Under the pieces are notes generated by a model. It was not told where the DNA came from, did no database searches, and saw only the letters and a program-made list of their open reading frames with translations. This document shows, in pieces, positions 1 to 10,624 of a DNA stretch of 59,740 nt; the stretch's first letter is position 1, and each line of letters opens with the position of its first letter. Both the position numbers and the translations under genes were made by a program. The DNA comes from Desulfurivibrionaceae bacterium (lineage in GTDB: Bacteria > Desulfobacterota > Desulfobulbia > Desulfobulbales > JAGXFP01): assembly GCA_046484585.1 (NCBI GenBank), contig JAWOIQ010000148.1, positions 1 to 59,740 of the forward strand. The letters run 5' to 3'.

Positions 1-131
1 GTCATCTTCAATTTTATCTTTCTCGAAGAAAGTCTGTACCCCGGTTGCCGTCCCTATGCAAACCGTTCTCAAGTTAGAGCATATACCATAAGCCTTGCCA
101 CCGGTAAAAAATACCTGACCAATAGCATGGA

Positions 132-253
132 CCTGAATCCGTGACGGCTTCGTGTAAATTTTACTTATCAGTTTGTAATCACATTAGATAATCATTTTTC
201 CAGGGATTACCAGGGTATACCCCGCACCGTTCTCGAACGCTCACGGATTCAGG
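132..253 (+). mobile_element. MITE family A, copy 1 (internally deleted, 122 bp)
   Basis: TIRs CCTGAATCCGTGA / TCACGGATTCAGG; flanked by 5-bp direct repeat ATGGA. Confidence 0.9.
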
Positions 254-407
254 ATGGAGATATTCTCTTTTTATGGTAGATTCGGATGATTCCGGAGAAG
301 TTGCCTCTTGTGCAGCTCCTCGGCCCGGTGCGAAAGGGCGACGGCGGCGTAAGGGATCCTGGCGCGAACGCTCACCGATTCAGCAAAAATCAAACTATAG
401 ATGGAAA

Positions 408-3100
408 ATGACAAATTCGGAACCGGTTTATCTAATCGACGGCAGCGCCTATATCTACCGGGCCTATCATGCCATTTCACCGCTGACCAACAGCAGCGGC
501 CTGCCGACCCACGCGGTTTTCGGGTTTATCAATATCCTCCTTCGGGTAATTCGGGAAAAGGAGCCGCGCTATATGGCGGTGGCCTTCGATTTGAAGGGTC
601 CGACTTTCCGCCATGAGATCTATAAGGATTACAAGGCTAACCGGCCACCGATGCCCGAGGATCTCGCCTGTCAGATTCCCTATGTGCGGGAAGCGGTGGC
701 GGCCTATAATATCCGCTTTCTCGAAGAGGCCGGTTTCGAGGCGGATGACCTGATCGCCTCGGCGGCCCGGCACCTGGAAAGAAAGGGGCATGAGGTGGTG
801 GTGGTCTCCGGCGACAAGGATCTCATGCAGCTGGTCGACCGGAAAACCAGCTTCTGGGACCCGATGAATGACCGCTATTTCGACCGGGACGGGGTGGCCG
901 CCAAATACGGAGTGTCGGTGGATGCCCTCCTCGACTATTTCGCCCTGATCGGCGACAGTTCCGACAATATCCCGGGGGTGCCGGGGGTAGGGCCTAAAAC
1001 AGCCGCCAAGCTGATCGTGGAGTTCGGCTCCCTGGACAACCTTTACCAAAGGCTCGATGAGATCAGTGCCAAAAAACTGGCCGATAAGCTCACGGAAAAT
1101 CGCGAAGCGGCCATGCTCTCCCGGGATCTGATCCGGCTCCGGGAAGATCTGGCGGTACCCGCCGGGCTCGAAGCTTATCTGCTGCCCAAGCCCGATAACG
1201 ACAAGCTGCGCGAGCTTTTCACCTTCCTCGGTTTTAACCGGCTTCTGAAAAGCGAGGTCGCAACTCCGGCCCTTGACCGCAGCGGTTACCGGCTGGTCAA
1301 CGACATCGATGAACTGCGGCGACTTGCCGAGAAACTGGCCGAGGGGCCCCACATGGCCGTCGATGTCGAGACCTCCGGCCTCGATCCGCTTAGCGCGGAT
1401 CTGGTCGGAATCTCCCTGGGCGCCGAGATCGGCGTGGCCTGGTACGTGCCGATCGGGCATCTCGATGGTGACGGCGTCCCGGTGGCCGGCCAGATTCCGC
1501 TGGCGGAGGCCCTGGAGGTTCTCGGGCCGCTGCTTACCGATCCGAAGCTGCCGAAGATCGGCCATAACCTGAAGTTCGATTACAGCGTTTTGCGCAACCA
1601 GGGGGTGCGGCTGGCGGGCCGTCTCTGGGATACGATGCTTTGCTCCTACCTGGTCGCCCCGGCCCGGCGTTCCCATAAGCTTGACGATCTGGCCGAAGAG
1701 CTCCTGGAACTCAAACCGACCTCGTTTGCCGAAATCACCGGCCAGGAGAAAGGCCGGGGGAAAAAGAAGGATCTGAACTTCGCCTTTGTCCCGCCGCAAG
1801 CCGCCGGGGACTATTCCTGCGAGGATGTCGACGTGGCCCTGATGCTCTGGGACCATTTCCGGCCGCAGCTGGTGGAACTCGATTTGTGGGACCTTTTCGA
1901 ACAGGTCGAGTGCCTGATTATTCCGGTCCTGGCCGAGATGGAATTGGCGGGAATCACCGTGGATCGGGACGAGCTCAAAAGATTGTCCCGGGAATTCGAA
2001 GATAATCTGGCCGGTTTGGAAGAAGAGATCTGCAGGTTGGCCGGCGAGTCGTTCAATATCGGTTCGCCCAAGCAACTCGGCGAGATTCTCTTTGAAAAAC
2101 TGAAACTGCCCCAGGGCCGCAAGACCAAGACCGGCTATTCCACCGACGCCAAGGTTCTGGAAAATCTCGGCCGCTATCACGACCTGCCGATCCTGGTGAT
2201 AAATTACCGCAATCTGGCCAAACTGAAATCCACCTATGTCGACAGTCTCCTGGAGCAGATCCACCCCAAAACCGGCCGGGTCCACTCCTCGTTCAACCAG
2301 ACGGTGACCGCTACCGGCCGTCTGTCGAGCAGCAATCCGAATCTGCAGAACATCCCGATCCGCACCCCGGAAGGGCAGAAGATCAGGCGGGCCTTTATCG
2401 CCGCTCCGGGCCAGGTCTTCCTCGCGGCCGACTACTCGCAGATCGATCTGCGGGTTATGGCCCATTATTCACAGGATGCGGCCCTGATCGACGATTTTCG
2501 CTCCGGCAAGGACATCCATCACCAGACGGCGATAGAGATCTTTCGGGTCAGTTCCGGTTTTGTTACCCCGGATATGCGGCGGGTCGCCAAAACCATCAAT
2601 TTCAGCATTGTTTACGGGATCAGCGCCTTCGGGCTCGGCGCGCGGCTTAATCTGAGCCGGAAGGAGGCGGCCACTTTCATCGAACGCTATTTCGAGCATT
2701 ATCCGGGCGTGAAGAAATTCATGGAGACGGTGGTCGAGGAGGCCCGGCAAAACGGTTATGTAACCACGATGCTCAAACGCCGCCGGCAGCTGCCGGATCT
2801 TAAGAGCAGCAACCGGATGCAGCGGGAGGCGGCTGAACGGATCGCCGTCAATACCCCGATCCAGGGCACGGCGGCCGATATTATCAAACTGGCCGCCATC
2901 GAGGTGGACCGGCAGCTCAAGGCCAAAAAACTAGGGGCCAGGGTCCTGTTGCAGATTCACGTGAACTGGTCCTGGAGGTTCCCGAGGACCAACTGGCTGC
3001 AACCAGGGAACTGGTGGGAACTGCCATGGAGTCGGTGATGCGGCTCGATGTGCCGTTGGAGGTCAATCTCTCGACAGGATCCAATCTGGCCGAGACCTGA
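408..3100 (+). CDS. polA: DNA polymerase I (1-bp deletion frameshift near 2961 in motif C)
   Basis: LIDGSAYIYRAYHA 5'-3' exonuclease, DVETSGLD 3'-5' exonuclease, ADYSQIDLR motif A, AKTINFSIVYG motif B. Restoring one A in CAC-G[A]T-GAA gives HDELVLEVP...NLAET* ending at 3100. ATG at 408 preferred over 273. Confidence 0.95.
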
Positions 3101-3106
3101 GAAGAA

Positions 3107-3231
3107 CCTGAGCGTTATCGGGCGTCCCGCAGGGCGGTAGGGTATCCCCTGGCAATCCAGGGGAAAACGATTGTCTAATGCAATTACAAAGTGATAAAGA
3201 AAATTCACCACGAAGCCGTCACGGGTTCAGG
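3107..3231 (-). mobile_element. MITE family A, copy 2 (internally deleted, 125 bp)
   Basis: Ends CCTGAG... and ...TCACGGGTTCAGG, homologous interior, flanked by AAGAA direct repeat. Confidence 0.85.
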
Positions 3232-3239
3232 AAGAAGCG

Positions 3240-4250
3240 ATGTATATTGCCCGGATAAACGAATATGGCGCGGTCCGGTATGTCATCCGGGAGTCGGCGC
3301 CCGCTCCGCGGCATGATTATTTTGTCGCCCGGGACCTGTTTGATCTGGGCAGCGATCCGGCCCGGTTTATCCACTATTCCGGCCGGGGCGCCTTTTACCT
3401 CGATCCGGAGCTCGAAGCGGTGGTCGCCCGCAAGCGGACCAGCCCGGATGAAACCGACCTGGAAGAGTTGTTCCTGCCGTTCCTGGAGCCCGCCGCCCGG
3501 CGGCAGGCCGAGTTTTTCGGCGCCGGCTACCGGAACTTTTCCCCCCGGAAACTATCCGCAGCCGATCTTGCCTATCTTGAGCAGCGCACCCATCTTTTTG
3601 ACAAAAGACGCCTCCATTATCTGCGCTATGTCTCCTTGAGCCAGGCCCGGCTCCATAAAGCCTCTCCGAAGCTGTTTCTGCCCCTCCTCTACAAGTCCCG
3701 GGACGAACTGGAGCAGTTTTTCCTGGTCCAGGAAATGGTCCTCGAACCGACGGAGTTTCGCCAATACGTCTACGTGATCTTCGATCTGCAGAGGTTTTTC
3801 TCGGAAACCGCGGCCCGGCTCATGCCCGAAGGACTCGATCAGGAGAAGCTGGACGAGATTTTCGAAGGCGAGTTCTGTCGGTTGTTCGAAGACCCCTCTT
3901 TCGGAGCCGGTCTGGATGAACGGGCCTTGACCGGCTATCTGAGTCGTTACCTTGTAATGTTTTTCGATTATGGCTTCCCGGCCGGGTCATTCGAGAAAGA
4001 GTATATCCGCCGGTTCATGAACGGGCGCCGTTCTTTTAGCTTTCCCGAAAAAAAGGTGACGGTCGATGAGCGGGAGGTGATCGAGTTATTCGGGATCGAA
4101 CGGGCCGAGCTTGAGCGAATGAGCAAGGCGAGCTTTACCACCCTGTACCGGAAACTCGTCCATGCGCACCATCCCGACAAGGGTGGCGAGCATGACGATT
4201 TCGTCAGGCTGACCGAGCTGTATCGCCATCTCCGCAAAAACAAAAAATGA
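3240..4250 (+). CDS. Hypothetical protein with C-terminal J-domain-like region
   Basis: 336-aa ORF; C-terminal YRKLVHAHHPDKGG with HPD motif. Confidence 0.75.
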   Translation: MYIARINEYGAVRYVIRESAPAPRHDYFVARDLFDLGSDPARFIHYSGRGAFYLDPELEAVVARKRTSPDETDLEELFLPFLEPAARRQAEFFGAGYRNFSPRKLSAADLAYLEQRTHLFDKRRLHYLRYVSLSQARLHKASPKLFLPLLYKSRDELEQFFLVQEMVLEPTEFRQYVYVIFDLQRFFSETAARLMPEGLDQEKLDEIFEGEFCRLFEDPSFGAGLDERALTGYLSRYLVMFFDYGFPAGSFEKEYIRRFMNGRRSFSFPEKKVTVDEREVIELFGIERAELERMSKASFTTLYRKLVHAHHPDKGGEHDDFVRLTELYRHLRKNKK

Positions 4251-4273
4251 TGGCGTCGCAAAAAGTCCGATCT
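4248..4273 (+). repeat. Isolated left end of family D element
   Basis: TGATGGCGTCGCAAAAA identical to the ends at 14521 and 56398; its TGA is the stop codon of the upstream gene. Confidence 0.7.
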
Positions 4274-4573
4274 GAAAGGAAGCTATCCGGAAGGCTTATA
4301 AGGGAAAATCGCTCAATATTCCCCACATAATCAATAAGTCAAGGTTGTTGGCCGGCCCTCTCGCGGTTCCCTGCGAAACCGGCAAAAACGGCGGCCACCG
4401 CCCGCCAAGGCTCATTTCAGCTTGACAGATCCTGTACTTTAAAGGGAATATATATTACTAAAGTAGTTGGTGAAGTCAGATGAAGAGCCAGAAGGAATAC
4501 TAACCGGCCAGAGGGTGAGGCAAGCACGGACTGCGCTTGCATCTTCATGTCAAAACCGTTCCAAGGAGTAACC

Positions 4574-5017
4574 ATGGAAATTCATGACCCCAATTTGCAC
4601 CAGAAGCTCATTGAGATGTGCGATTGTTATCTCGAAACTGATTTCAAGGCCCAGCTCCAGGAAGCGGCGACGGCGTCGACGACCGACCTTGACGAGGACA
4701 GTCTTAAATACCTGGCCCTGACTATCATGTACGCCATTACCGAAAAGGCCCGGAAGCTTAACTATAAAAAGAAGAAAGGCCAATTGACCGTGGTTGTCAA
4801 AGGGGGCGGCGAGAAGAGCTCGGTGAAGGCGCCGCCGCCGGAAATTTTTGACAGGATTGTGGAAATCATCAGAACCATTCTGCATCTTGAAGAAGATAGC
4901 GCCTCGATGCCCCTCTCCCTAGGATTGCGGAACGGTCAGTTCGATGTCCAAGTCAAGGTGGAACGCAAGGACGATAAAGAGTCCCTCAAGTTCAAGTTCC
5001 CCGATTTCGGCGGATGA
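4574..5017 (+). CDS. Hypothetical protein, resembles the isolated N2D domain of PilB/GspE ATPases
   Basis: AAGGAG RBS before ATG 4574; YAITEKA...PPPEIFDRIVEIIRTILHLE pattern; no Walker motifs. Confidence 0.6.
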   Translation: MEIHDPNLHQKLIEMCDCYLETDFKAQLQEAATASTTDLDEDSLKYLALTIMYAITEKARKLNYKKKKGQLTVVVKGGGEKSSVKAPPPEIFDRIVEIIRTILHLEEDSASMPLSLGLRNGQFDVQVKVERKDDKESLKFKFPDFGG

Positions 5018-5145
5018 ACCAGGTGGCTCGTTATTGTCGGTGCCGCAAATGAACCGAATAATGAGAGTCCCCGGCATCCATCCCCGCGGGATGAAAATCG
5101 ACAGATACAATTTGCTGCGGCGAATCTTACCATTGACGGAGAATC

Positions 5146-5364
5146 ATGATGAAAAATTGCACTCTTAATGATTTCATGGAGGAGCTCAAGCCCTGGCTGG
5201 ATAACGATCATATCAAAGAGGTCTTTATTGACAGAAACGGCCGTCTCGCCTTGATGTTCAGGGACGGCATGAAGAACGTCTACGCCATCGACGACTGCAA
5301 TAAGGAGCAGATCGAGGCGGTTCTTCTCGATCTCAAGGAGAGGGGGATTCCGGTCCAGGCTTAA
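5146..5364 (+). CDS. Small hypothetical protein
   Basis: 72-aa ORF with GGAGA RBS and globular composition. Confidence 0.65.
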   Translation: MMKNCTLNDFMEELKPWLDNDHIKEVFIDRNGRLALMFRDGMKNVYAIDDCNKEQIEAVLLDLKERGIPVQA

Positions 5365-5710
5365 CGGCTGCTTATCCGAGGCCGGCCCTGAAGATTTTTG
5401 GGGGTTCCGGATCTTTTCGCTTGTCTCGGACGCAAACTCCCTGCCTTGTGGTTATGTTTTTTCCGACTTTACCGGGCTTCATGCCGACACTTCTCCCACC
5501 GTAAAGTATCTGGGAACCGCATGGGGGCCGAGGCGGGGAAAAGACTGCGGATGGCCCTCGGCGCGGTATTTTTGGCGGCTTACCCCTTGCTGAGGCAAGG
5601 GAAATGGTCGAAACCCGAACGGCCGGCCACCCCGATTGGAAACTTACCGTGTACTTTCTTTATTCTTTTCATGCCCCGATTCTCTTTTATTCCCCGATGT
5701 ATCAAAAAGA

Positions 5711-5739
5711 TTGACGCTTTTTTAGAAAAAACTTAGGAT
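5711..5739 (+). promoter_or_regulatory. Putative sigma70 promoter for ppiD, upstream of MITE copy 3
   Basis: TTGACG-N17-TAGGAT. Confidence 0.45.
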
Positions 5740-5759
5740 TAATCCCCTGTTTATTAATA

Positions 5760-5978
5760 CCTGAATCCGTGACGGCTTCGTGGGGAATTTCACTTTATCG
5801 GTTTGTATTGCAGTTAATAATCGCTTTTCCCTGGGTTGCCACGGTACACCCCGCCGCCCTGCGGGGCGCCCGATAACGGCGCATCTGCGGCGTTGGCAAC
5901 TTGTTGATATACCATTAGTATTATCAACATCGTTGCCGCCTTGCATCCGCACCGTTCTCGAACGCTCACGGATTCAGG
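5760..5978 (+). mobile_element. MITE family A, copy 3 (full length, 219 bp)
   Basis: Perfect 13-bp TIRs; TAATA direct repeat. Confidence 0.92.
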
Positions 5979-6021
5979 TAATATTATATTCATCCCAAAT
6001 AATTTGAGGAGAATCTACAGC

Positions 6022-7902
6022 ATGCTTGAATTCTTACGGCAAAAGGCACAGTCAACCGTTATTCAGGTGATCATTGTGGCGATCATCCTGGTCTTTGTCT
6101 TCTGGGGAGTCGGTGGCCAGCAGGGCAGCGGCGTCAACGCGGTGGCCACCGTAAACGATGAACCGATCCCTTATTCCGAATATCAGCGCACCTATGACGA
6201 GCGGTTCAGCCAGTTGCGCGACCAGCTCGGCGGCAGCATCCCTGATGGTCTTTTGCAGTCATTTGGTCTTAAGGAACAGGTTCTGGAGGGCTTGATTCAG
6301 CGGACCCTGATCAGGCAGGCCGCGCAGCGGATTGGTCTTACGGTAAGTGACAGCGAGGTCCGCGACGCGATTCGCGATATGGAGGCCTTCCGCAGCGAGG
6401 GGCGGTTTGATGCCGAATGGTACAGACAGATTCTGGCCGGCAGCCGGATGAGCGTCGCCGACTTCGAAAAGTCGATGAAGGACGATCTGCTGGTTACCAA
6501 AGTTACCGACCATCTGGCCCGTTTCGGCGGGGCGCCCGACTCTGAACTCCGGGATCGTTTCGAATACAATTACAAGCGCCGGCAATTTTCCTATGTGGCC
6601 TTCAAGCCGGCCGACTTTGCCGACAAGGTCGAGATCGACGCCGGAGCCCTTGCCGAATTTTTCGAGAAACAGCAGGAACAATACCGGGGCGAGCCCCAGC
6701 TCAAGTTGAAATACGTCCGCTTCCCGTTCGACGAAAGGTCCGAAGTGGAAATCCCCGATGTGTCGATCACCTCTTATTTCCAGGAGAACCGTGACGATTA
6801 TGTGGTTCCCGAACAGCGCCGGGCCCGCCATATTCTGATCATGAGCGACGAGGGCGACAGTCAGGAGGAGATTTCCGTCAAAAGGCAAAAGGCCGAAGAA
6901 CTCCTGGAGCGGGCCCGGGAAGGGGCCGATTTTGCCGAGCTGGCCCGGGAAGAGTCCGATGACCTGGGCTCGGCTTCCCGGGGCGGCGATCTTGGTTTTT
7001 TCGGGCGCGGTCAGATGGTCAAACCTTTCGAGGACGCCGTTTTTCGTCTGGAGGAAGGCGGCCTGACCATGGCCCGCTCCGATTTCGGTTATCATGTGAT
7101 CAAGGTTGAGGAGATCAAGCCCCCGCGCGTGAAAAGCCTCGACGAGGTTCGGGACGAAATCATTGCCGAGATCAAGGATGCAGAGATCAAAAATCTTGCC
7201 TTCACGCGGGCCAATGCCGCATATGAGCAGATCATCCTCTCCGGCAGTCTGGCCAACTACGCCGCAAGCGGCGGCCAGATCGAGGAAACGGAATTTTTCA
7301 GCCGACAAAAGACGGTCGAGCCTTTCAAGTCCAATCCCGTCTTCCTGGAGTCGGCATTCAGTCTCAAGGAGGGGGAGTTGAGTTCGCTGCTGGAGGGAAG
7401 CGACAGTTACGCAATCTTCTATGTCGAGGAGATCCGGGAGCCCGCGGTGCCGGCCCTGAGCGAAGTTGAAGAGCGGGTCAAAAAAGATTTCGTCGAACAA
7501 CGCTCGCGGCAGCTGGCCCGGGAGGCAGCCGAGGAAGTACTGGCTGCGGTCAAGGAAAGCGCGTCCCTTCAGGATCAAGCGGCCCGGCTGGGTCTGAAAG
7601 CCGAAGAGTCGCCGTTGATCTCCAGGGCTGAGGCGGAGGACATCGCTCTGCCCTCGCCTCTGGTCGAAGCCGGCCTTGGGCTGAGCGCGGCGGCACCCTA
7701 TCCGGAAACGGTGGTGGCTTCCGGCGAAATCCTCTATGTGGCAGGGTTTCAGGCGGAAGAGCAAGCCTCCGAGGAGGAGTTTGCTGCGAAAGAAGAGGAG
7801 ATCCGTCGGGAGCTGCTCTCTGAAAACGAGGACGATATCCTGAGTGCCTGGCTCACCCTGTTGCGGGAGCGGGCGGAAGTCGAGATCGATAAAAACTTCT
7901 GA
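6022..7902 (+). CDS. ppiD: Membrane-anchored periplasmic chaperone/PPIase (SurA N-terminal + parvulin)
   Basis: N-terminal TM, VATVNDEPI, RARHILI, FAELAREES, GGDLGFF, MVKPFEDAVF, GYHVIKV; GAGGAG RBS before ATG 6022. Confidence 0.9.
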   Translation: MLEFLRQKAQSTVIQVIIVAIILVFVFWGVGGQQGSGVNAVATVNDEPIPYSEYQRTYDERFSQLRDQLGGSIPDGLLQSFGLKEQVLEGLIQRTLIRQAAQRIGLTVSDSEVRDAIRDMEAFRSEGRFDAEWYRQILAGSRMSVADFEKSMKDDLLVTKVTDHLARFGGAPDSELRDRFEYNYKRRQFSYVAFKPADFADKVEIDAGALAEFFEKQQEQYRGEPQLKLKYVRFPFDERSEVEIPDVSITSYFQENRDDYVVPEQRRARHILIMSDEGDSQEEISVKRQKAEELLERAREGADFAELAREESDDLGSASRGGDLGFFGRGQMVKPFEDAVFRLEEGGLTMARSDFGYHVIKVEEIKPPRVKSLDEVRDEIIAEIKDAEIKNLAFTRANAAYEQIILSGSLANYAASGGQIEETEFFSRQKTVEPFKSNPVFLESAFSLKEGELSSLLEGSDSYAIFYVEEIREPAVPALSEVEERVKKDFVEQRSRQLAREAAEEVLAAVKESASLQDQAARLGLKAEESPLISRAEAEDIALPSPLVEAGLGLSAAAPYPETVVASGEILYVAGFQAEEQASEEEFAAKEEEIRRELLSENEDDILSAWLTLLRERAEVEIDKNF

Positions 7903-7910
7903 ACAACCTT

Positions 7911-8222
7911 CTACTTTCCGCCTTTCCCCCATAACGGATCGTCGCCGAAACGGTTCATCCACCAATCGTTATCGTCGAGGAGGCTCTCTTCATCTGGCAC
8001 CAGGGGGAAGCGGAAGTTCTGGCAGTAGTTCTGGATAACCTCATAGGCCTCGGTCAACCGGTGCATTTCGATCTGCTCCTCCTCGGAACCAGCCGTATCC
8101 GGATGATGGAGTTTTGCCTTGGCTCGGTATGCTTTTTTGATCTCCGTCAGGGTGGCGCTCTCCCCCAGGTCCAGAAGTTCCGCGGCTGCGATTATGGCCG
8201 TCCGTTTACTGGATGTGGTCAT
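7911..8222 (-). CDS. Small J-domain protein
   Basis: EIKKAYRAKAKLHHPD, LTEAYEVI. Confidence 0.85.
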   Translation of the reverse strand: MTTSSKRTAIIAAAELLDLGESATLTEIKKAYRAKAKLHHPDTAGSEEEQIEMHRLTEAYEVIQNYCQNFRFPLVPDEESLLDDNDWWMNRFGDDPLWGKGGK

Positions 8223-8818
8223 GATCTTTTTCCCTTCCAGCTTTTCTCTTCGCCCTCCATGAGCCGCCTGATATTATCCCGGTGTTTTAAGACGATCAGT
8301 ACCGCAATGGTCATTGAAATCAGCAGCAGTCCGTCGGAGCCGCCGGTCAGACCGATGATGACCGGCATGGACAGCGCCGCGCCGATCGAGCCCAGGGAGA
8401 CATAACCGCTTATCCGGACGGTCGCGGCAAAAACGGCTACTGCGGCCAGAGTCGGCAGCGGAGCCAGATAGAAAAAGATCCCCAGGGCGGTAGCCACCCC
8501 CTTGCCGCCCCTGAATTTTAAATAGATGGGCCAGCAATGGCCGACAAAGGCGGCGAGCCCGGTCAGCATAATCCACAGGGAGGCGTCGGGCCGGGCTCCG
8601 AGGAGTCGGGCGGCGACCAGCATGGGCAGCAGCCCCTTTAACAGGTCGCTGACCAGGGTCATGGCCCCCAGTTTTTTGCCGAGCAGGCGGTTAACGTTGG
8701 TGGCGCCGATATTGCCGCTGCCCTGGCGCCTGACGTCGATGCCGGCCAGGCGTCCGTAGAGCAGGCCGAAGGGGATCGAGCCGACCAGATATCCGAAAAT
8801 CAGAAGTATATATTGCAT
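8219..8818 (-). CDS. plsY: Glycerol-3-phosphate acyltransferase
   Basis: GSIPFG, GSGNIGATNVNR, GHCWPIYLKFRGGKGVAT, KHRDNIRRL. Confidence 0.95.
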   Translation of the reverse strand: MQYILLIFGYLVGSIPFGLLYGRLAGIDVRRQGSGNIGATNVNRLLGKKLGAMTLVSDLLKGLLPMLVAARLLGARPDASLWIMLTGLAAFVGHCWPIYLKFRGGKGVATALGIFFYLAPLPTLAAVAVFAATVRISGYVSLGSIGAALSMPVIIGLTGGSDGLLLISMTIAVLIVLKHRDNIRRLMEGEEKSWKGKRS

Positions 8819-9257
8819 TGATGATGCCCTTAAGCTCTTGTTTGCGGGATTGAAAGCGATCAGAAAGCATTCGAATCCGCTCCATCGTCGGTATGCCATT
8901 CAGCACCAGCACACTTCGGATGCCCTGCCTCTCCGCACTACACTGTGCAATCCCTTGCCGGCTGGGAGATGAGCCGGCCCGGATGCCTCGTCCCGTGAGT
9001 GAGGCGGGATTCAGGGGTGGATATTACCGGGTCGGGGCGCTCTAAGAAAGAAATTTTTGTATGTCGGAAAGGCAAAGGCTATCCCGAGACTTTTTGCGAG
9101 TTTGGCAAAATGGTGTTGGCCATCGGGACTTTTTCGGGTTAATTGCAAAACCATTCTCTGGAGAGAGAAGCCGTTTTATTAAAATTTGTCGGAGAACCAA
9201 CCGGATCACGTCGGGATAACTTTGCTCCTGTGCGGGTCTGATGGAGAGGGGGTAGTA

Positions 9258-9725
9258 ATGAATGAGGATTTCATGAAGGAGGCCATTCGCCTCTCCATTG
9301 AAAAGATGGCTAATGGCGACGGCGGTCCTTTCGGCGCGGTGGTGGTTCGAAACGGGCAAATTGTCAGCCGGGGCTGGAACCGGGTCACTTCAACCAATGA
9401 TCCCACCGCCCATGCGGAAATTGTCGCCATTCGCGGGGCTTGCCGGGAACTGAATACCTTCTGGCTGGGGGACTGCGAACTTTACGTAAACTGCGAGCCC
9501 TGTCCCATGTGTCTGGCCGCGGTTTACTGGGCCGGGATCAGAAAAATTTACTATGGCGCCGTCCGCCAGGATGCCGCCGATGTCGGTTTCGGCGACGCCT
9601 ATATCGCAGGGGAGCTCGGCAAGCCCGCTGCCGAGAGAAATATGCAGGTCGAGCAGGGCATGAGGGAAGAGGCCCTTGCGGCATTTACTATTTGGGATAA
9701 GATGGAAGATAAGATAGAGTATTGA
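9258..9725 (+). CDS. guaD: Guanine/nucleoside deaminase (cytidine deaminase fold)
   Basis: GGPFGAVVV, DPTAHAE, CEPCPMC zinc motifs. Confidence 0.8.
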   Translation: MNEDFMKEAIRLSIEKMANGDGGPFGAVVVRNGQIVSRGWNRVTSTNDPTAHAEIVAIRGACRELNTFWLGDCELYVNCEPCPMCLAAVYWAGIRKIYYGAVRQDAADVGFGDAYIAGELGKPAAERNMQVEQGMREEALAAFTIWDKMEDKIEY

Positions 9726-9907
9726 GGCCGGTTCCGGGCCAATTACCCCCGGCCGCCCGGGTCGTTGGAATCCGTGAGCGGTGCCTGTATGGCGGGAACA
9801 ATTCTCCACCGCGATCGCCGACAGGTAAGCTGGCAATTCAGGTCGATAAGGACGGGACTGCCCGAAGCAGTCACGGATTTTCGTTTTAAAATAGAAGAGG
9901 CGTAACC

Positions 9908-10459
9908 ATGCATAGAAAAACGCTTATATCGATGGCCGTACTTTTCGGGATTTTGTTTCTTCTGCCGCCGCAGGGCCGGGCCGAAGATGTCAGCTTCTAC
10001 GCCCAGCAGGAAGTGGAAAAGGGTTGGCAGGCCTTTGCCAAGGGTGATCTGGAGGCGGCCTTCCGCGGCTTCAGGCAGGCCACCACGATCAATCCGCAAT
10101 ATGCGGCAGCCTATTACGCCCTGGGCCATGCCAATCTGGCCCAGAACCGGACCGGTGCAGCCATCGCCAACTTCAGAAAGGCCATTGAGCTCGCCGATCC
10201 GCCGATGGTCGAGGCCTATATAAATCTCGGCTTCGCCCTCACCCTTTCCGGCCGTGACCAGGAAGGGCTTGAGGTCTACAATCAGGCCCTGGCCCTTGAT
10301 CCGATGAACGAGGAATTGCATCTCAATCTGGCCAATTACTACTGTTCCCAACTAAACGGCAAGAAGGCCTGGGAGCATATTCGTTTCGTCCGGAAGATGG
10401 AAGGCGAGATCGCCGAGGAGCAGCTTGAAGAGATGCGCTCCCTCTGCCCGGAGGAATGA
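9908..10459 (+). CDS. Exported TPR protein
   Basis: Signal peptide followed by TPR helices (AAYYALG, EAYINLG, LHLNLA). Confidence 0.8.
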   Translation: MHRKTLISMAVLFGILFLLPPQGRAEDVSFYAQQEVEKGWQAFAKGDLEAAFRGFRQATTINPQYAAAYYALGHANLAQNRTGAAIANFRKAIELADPPMVEAYINLGFALTLSGRDQEGLEVYNQALALDPMNEELHLNLANYYCSQLNGKKAWEHIRFVRKMEGEIAEEQLEEMRSLCPEE

Positions 10460-10505
10460 TCCTCGCCGACGCGTTTTTCGACTTTTTGCCAACCTGGCAA
10501 ACTCC

Positions 10506-10536
10506 AAGCCTCCAACCCGGAGGCTTTTTTTATTTT
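10506..10536 (+). terminator. Rho-independent terminator
   Basis: AAGCCTCC-AACCC-GGAGGCTT followed by a T run. Confidence 0.75.
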
Positions 10537-10575
10537 CCTGAATCCGTGACGGCTTCGTGGGGAATTTCATTTTAT

Positions 10576-10624
10576 ACCCACAGGGCATAAGTTTCGTACG
10601 AGCAGACAAGCTGCTCAACTCAGC
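10576..10624 (+). repeat. Element B (short form) nested in MITE A
   Basis: ACCCACAGGGCATAAGTTTCG...GAGCAG-ACAAG-CTGCTC-AACTCAGC flanked by TTTAT on both sides. Confidence 0.85.

Noticed and set aside
1-75. Possible 5' end of a minus-strand gene running off the window
   Set aside because: Too short to support a call.
477-2465. Long antisense ORFs (also 6259-7965, 19954-21276, 23565-24998, 40351-41514, 45754-46767, 57329-58714)
   Set aside because: Shadows of GC-rich genes on the opposite strand, with no recognisable motifs.
2955-2970. Programmed frameshift in polA
   Set aside because: No slippery heptamer, and the missing base lies within the Asp codon itself.
5398-5736. ORFs in intergenic or repeat regions (also 9042-9359, 10352-10786, 14768-15352, 26988-27356, 43554-44075)
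   Set aside because: No RBS or motifs; they overlap repeats or real genes on the other strand.
5941-6021. N-terminal extensions MHPHRSRTLTDSG/MHLHRSRTLTNSG on ppiD and ftsH (59129-59185), and ORF 10828-11034
   Set aside because: They derive from a TTG inside the MITE A end; good RBS-ATG starts exist at 6022 and 59128.
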